64,000 bases of DNA, taken from positions 11,626-75,625 of the forward strand of contig JAGXFW010000025.1 of the NCBI GenBank assembly GCA_024637035.1, written 5' to 3'. Below, piece after piece: positions 60,401 through 64,000 of the stretch. This stretch comes from Actinomycetes bacterium. Lineage in GTDB: Bacteria > Actinomycetota > Thermoleophilia > RBG-16-64-13. The translations under genes were made by a program, and so were the position numbers. Under the pieces are notes generated by a model. The model saw nothing but the letters and a program-made list of their open reading frames with translations. It was not told where the DNA came from and ran no database searches. Position 1 is the first letter of the stretch. Each line of letters starts with the position of its first letter.

Positions 60401-62394
60401 CCACCTCCGACGCCGTTCGCAATCTGGGGCACACCCTGACCTACCCGGAGAACACCCCCGCCCCCACCACCGACCAGGCCGTGGTGGGCACCACAGGCAC
60501 CGACGCCGTCCAGACCACCCTCACCGTGGCTGCTGACGGATACGAGACCAGCCGAGCGAGCGAAATCTACAGCAACCCCGCACTCCCCACCATCACCCGC
60601 ACGGTGGGCCCGCGCGACACCGCGCACCGTCCGACCCAAGTCACCACCCAGACCGGCGCCTCCACCTCCATCTCTGCCCAGTACTCCTACGACACCGCCG
60701 GACGCCTGAAGCGTCAATGGGGTCCCACGGGCGCCGCGGGCTCCGGCTACCTCGCAGGTGCCGCCACCACTGACGCCTATACCTACCACCCGACCACAGG
60801 CCTAAAGACCGGCGAGAACCTCCGCCTCCAGAGCGTAGGCACGGCCGGGGTCCTCACCGCCTCCTACACCTACACGACCGCCGGCCGCCTGGCGACCGCC
60901 ACCGTGAACGGCGTCTCCGACACCACCACCTTCGACCCAGCCGGGAACCTCACCAGCTTCACCGGCACCACCCTCACCTATCAAGAGAACCGCCTGGCCA
61001 CCACCGTCACCGGTGGCGCCACCACCTACTACACCTACGATGCCGGGAAGCGCTGGCGTCTCTCCCAAGGCACGACCACCAACACGAGCGACCCGAACCG
61101 CATCCGCTACACCTACACGGCCCAAGGGCGCTTGGCCACCTACCTGAACCCGAGTACCTCCGTCTCCGCCGCCTACACCTACGACCAAGAGGGCCAGCGC
61201 ACGCAGTCTGCGGTGACCATAGGTTCGCAGACCACCGCCACCGACTTCTCCTACCAGGGACTCCAGCTGCAGAGCCTGGGAGCCACACAAAGCGGCGGCA
61301 CCAACCCCACCTCCTGGAAGGTCACCTACCTCTACGACGAGCAGGGCCGCCCCTACGGCGGTGTCTACCGGAGCCCGAAGGAGAGCATCGCCCCTCTATA
61401 CTTCGGCATCCTGACGAGTGACCGAGGCGACATCGTCTCCCTCCTCGATGCAAACGGCACCCCCTTCGCCGCCTATCGCTACGACGCCTGGGGCAAGCCC
61501 ACCGGCACGGGGAACGTCGGGACCGGCGTGTGGAGCAAGTCCACGAGTCTCATCTCCGCCGGAGTCGCAAGCGCCATCGCGACCCGACAGATCCTCCGCT
61601 ACGCGGGCTACGCTTTCGACCAAGAGAGTTCCCTCTACTACCTCTCCTCCCGGAGCTACGACCCCGTCACCCGACAGTTCCTCTCCAAGGACCTCTCCCG
61701 CAACGACGGGGAAGAGAGTGCCTACCAGTACTGCGGAGGGAACCCGGTGGCGGGGGTGGATCCTACGGGGTATCGGATGGACGAGTTCGCAACGTCGCAG
61801 GAGCGGCAGGCGGCGGAGATCTCCCGGGGTAGGATCAAGAAGGCACAGAGGGCGTCGAAGGCACGGGTGCAGCGGCGGAGATTGGACGAGAAGGGCCCCA
61901 AGCTACCTACATCTGCTGGAAACCGATTGCGGGGCCTTGGAGTTGCGCTCGATTTATTCACGGGATACGGTTCGCGAGACCGTGTGTACAGCCCATCGTC
62001 CCCCGAGACCAATGAGATGCGACATGCCTGGGGCCGAGACATGCGCGATGCCTTCGCTAAGGAAGACTACCGGTCTACCAGGTGGAAGTCGGGTCATGTT
62101 ACGCCCTTAGTGATGCAGTTGGCCTCTGGTCCCGACATCTTCAACACCATGAGCCAGGCCGGCGGTGTCTCGGGTACTGTAGCGCCCTTACCGGATGGGA
62201 GGGCCAAGTTCGAAATCACAAACGAGGCCGGGAGGGAGTCGTTCTTCAATTTCATCAACCTACCGCTTGAGCTGTTGGTGCTCGGTTCAGCCAACAGCCC
62301 AGTCATCTCGAATGCTGACAAGGAAGAGGGTCCCTGGAGCACGATACGGCAGACCTTCTACTGGTATGAGTCCATGGAGGACCTTACAAGATGA
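54458..62394 (+). CDS. RHS/YD-repeat polymorphic toxin with cell-wall-anchoring N-terminal domains and a C-terminal toxin domain of unknown family
   Basis: Start refined to ATG 54458 (GGGAGGGG RBS), followed by a signal peptide (MRQRGLGRCVSVAVLLVALGALTLFLGGPMTPALG). N-terminal domains: a DNRLRE-like domain (DGRLRA ... NTNYGSDDDMHVGYY ... LVRFDL), a pectate-lyase-like beta-helix (GDGTTDDTAAIQGAINAA ... VYFPSGTY) and three CWB2 repeats (YQTAIRLSQAAF...; SRYDTAALVAAEV...). Repeat region: many YD repeats (YTYDAGGNLTQ etc.) and an RHS core ending at YDPVTRQFLSKDLSRNDGEESAYQYCGGNPVAGVDPTGY. The final tip is a roughly 200-aa unclassified domain. Confidence 0.9.
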
Positions 62395-62864
62395 CCAAGA
62401 GCAGTCGTCGTGTGCGGGGATGCGGAACGACTGCCATCGCGGTCGCGCTGGCCCTGATCGGGTTGACGGCAGCATTGATGTGGCCGTTCCCAGTCTCCGA
62501 CGGCCATCCCTCCGGCCTTGTCGGGACATGGAAAGGAGAGGGCGTGCCGTTTGAGATGAGATCTTCGAGTGAAGACAACGAATTTCAAGTGGTGCTCATT
62601 TTGGCTCCCGACGGGTCGAGCCACGAGGAAATCTGGCGGGCTGGTCGCTTGGAACGGACTCTCTCCGGGAGTTGGGTCGTCGAAGGTGGTCGTCTGCGGG
62701 TCACGTTCATCGACCCAACACTTGACGACGTGCAGATGGAGCCACCGGCTCGGATGTCGGTCCCCGTCTACTGGGGCCTCAGCCAAGGTACCTACATTGA
62801 TGGCGGTGGCCATGGGGATGCCGGCATCGCCTTGCACAAGACGTCCTCCGAGGTCTCCCGATGA
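62391..62864 (+). CDS. Putative cognate immunity protein (membrane-anchored, lipocalin-like)
   Basis: Start overlaps the toxin stop as ATGA. N-terminal signal anchor/TM (TAIAVALALIGLTAALMW) and GTWKGEG...RVTF. Confidence 0.55.
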   Translation: MTKSSRRVRGCGTTAIAVALALIGLTAALMWPFPVSDGHPSGLVGTWKGEGVPFEMRSSSEDNEFQVVLILAPDGSSHEEIWRAGRLERTLSGSWVVEGGRLRVTFIDPTLDDVQMEPPARMSVPVYWGLSQGTYIDGGGHGDAGIALHKTSSEVSR

Positions 62865-62994
62865 GTAGTCGAGTGGTGGGTAGCGGAGGAGGGAGCGGCC
62901 GCTGCCATCGCAGAGACGATCAAGCCTTTGGGGGCTGATATCGTTGTACGCCTACGAGGGCCTGGCGCAAGGCTCGCTGCGGACCCCGAACACT

Positions 62995-64000
62995 ATGGGT
63001 TTGAACACGCAAAGCGGCGGCACCAACCCCACCTCCTGGAAGATCACCTACCTCTACGACGAACAGGGCCGCCCCTACGGCGGCGTCTACCGGAGCCCGA
63101 CAGAGAGCACCACCCCCCTCTACTTCGGCATCCTGACCTCAGACCGAGGCGACATCGTCTCCCTCCTCGACGCCGCCGGCGCCCCCTTCGCCGCCTACCG
63201 CTACGACGCCTGGGGCAAGCCCACCGGCACGGGGAACGTGGGGACCGGCGTCTGGAGTAAGAGCACCGGCCTCATCAGCCTGCAGGTGGCCACCGACCTG
63301 GCCAAGCGCCAACCCCTGCGCTACGCTTCCTACTGCTACGACGCAGAGAGCTCCCTCTACTACCTCTCCTCCCGGAGCTACGACCCCACAACGAGGCAGT
63401 TCCTCTCCAAGGACCTCTCCCGCAACGACGGGGAGGAGAGTGCGTATCAGTACTGTGGGGGGAACCCGGTGGCAGGGGTGGATCCTACTGGGTATCGGAT
63501 GGACGAGTTCGCGACGTCGCAGGAGCGGCAGGCGGCGGAGATCTCCCGGGGTAGGATCAAGAAGGCGCAGAGGGCATCGAAGGCACGGGCCATGTACAGA
63601 CGACTGAACCCAGGGGAGTCTGCAGCCAAGGAGGGCACCGCGTTCTCAGCGTCCCTATCCGTGCCCGGAGGCATGCGCGGACTGCTGAACCGCTTGTCCT
63701 TCGACCCCACTCCTTATCGCTACAGGGATAAAGGGTCGAACGTAGGGGTTCCTGGTGTTCCTATCGGCGTGAGCAACGGCACGGCCGTCAACTACGGGCC
63801 CACCGGGAGGGCGGTCTCCTCTGTTCCCTACGACGGCATGTACTTGGGCGGCCTACCCGCCTACTACGATCAGACTGGCTACGGTAGTGTTGAGCCCAAC
63901 ACCCGGTATGTGCAGGGTGGTTTGGGGTTCATCGTAGGTGCCAACTTCAGTATGAACCTCTCACGGATCGGCGACGCCTACTCAGCTGCCTATGAGCCCG
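62995..64000 (+). CDS. Orphan RHS C-terminal cassette (RHS core fragment plus alternative toxin tip), partial, continues beyond the window
   Basis: A frame open from 62884 to the window end that is not in the ORF track. It encodes GTNPTSWKITYLYDEQGRPYGGVYRSP ... YYLSSRSYDPTTRQFLSKDL...GGNPVAGVDPTGYRMDEFATSQERQAAEISRGRIKKAQRASKAR, which is near-identical to residues about 2279-2470 of the upstream RHS, followed by a divergent C-terminus. The first in-frame ATG is at 62995. Confidence 0.7.
   Translation, partial: MGLNTQSGGTNPTSWKITYLYDEQGRPYGGVYRSPTESTTPLYFGILTSDRGDIVSLLDAAGAPFAAYRYDAWGKPTGTGNVGTGVWSKSTGLISLQVATDLAKRQPLRYASYCYDAESSLYYLSSRSYDPTTRQFLSKDLSRNDGEESAYQYCGGNPVAGVDPTGYRMDEFATSQERQAAEISRGRIKKAQRASKARAMYRRLNPGESAAKEGTAFSASLSVPGGMRGLLNRLSFDPTPYRYRDKGSNVGVPGVPIGVSNGTAVNYGPTGRAVSSVPYDGMYLGGLPAYYDQTGYGSVEPNTRYVQGGLGFIVGANFSMNLSRIGDAYSAAYEP

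Noticed and set aside
61722-62042. Minus-strand ORFs 61722-62042 and 63447-63710 sharing a 45-residue identical segment
   Set aside because: They are antisense to the duplicated RHS core segment. Their identity simply reflects the nucleotide repeat, not a real paralogous gene pair.
62928-63260. Track ORF 62928-63260 (+), 110 aa, Arg/Pro-rich
   Set aside because: It is the wrong reading frame of the orphan RHS repeat. The frame one register over reproduces the RHS core sequence exactly.
1-64000. tRNA/rRNA genes, CRISPR arrays, transposases, integrases or phage genes
   Set aside because: None detected. No T-loop-like GGTTCGAATCC contexts in intergenic DNA, no short regularly spaced repeats, and no transposase- or integrase-like ORFs. 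The RHS locus is not flanked by visible mobile-element genes within the window.

Overview
This is a high-GC (about 68-70%) chromosomal window from an Actinobacteria-like or other high-GC Gram-positive-type organism. It is densely coding and mostly core metabolism, with two accessory-looking loci.

Core content:
- 1-25 kb: IscS-like cysteine desulfurase, an Amt ammonium transporter, a fatty-acid beta-oxidation pair (FadB-like and thiolase), an iron-centre repair protein (RIC/YtfE), an Fe-alcohol dehydrogenase, a five-gene LivKHMGF branched-chain amino-acid ABC transporter, SdhCDAB, a two-subunit class I fumarase and a malic enzyme.
- 25-44.5 kb: trpS, an orphan histidine kinase, a PucR-regulated omega-aminotransferase/methylmalonate-semialdehyde dehydrogenase pair, a small cluster of putative metalloproteins, a frameshifted ureohydrolase, a cNOR-type nitric-oxide reductase (norCB), and a contiguous carboxyltransferase, SucCD, methylmalonyl-CoA mutase and epimerase block. 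Together with Sdh, fumarase and malic enzyme this is a nearly collinear propionyl-CoA to pyruvate route.
- 44.5-54 kb: small membrane proteins, a TetR/MFS efflux pair, a 2-hydroxyacid dehydrogenase, a second MFS, DUF72 and TrpB2.

Most notable loci:
- (a) At 54.4-64 kb, a 2,645-aa RHS/YD-repeat polymorphic toxin. Its N-terminal architecture is unusual: signal peptide, a DNRLRE-like domain, a pectate-lyase-like beta-helix and three CWB2 cell-wall-binding repeats. Its C-terminal toxin domain is unclassified. It is followed by a translationally coupled putative immunity gene and an orphan RHS C-terminal cassette carrying a different toxin tip, which runs off the window end.
- (b) At 3.2-8.05 kb, a translationally coupled pair: a double-zinc-ribbon membrane protein and a 1,342-aa signal-peptide-bearing protein with no recognisable catalytic motifs.

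No rRNA, tRNA, CRISPR array or obvious transposase was found. Gene starts were refined by hand from RBS and overlap context and are approximate.
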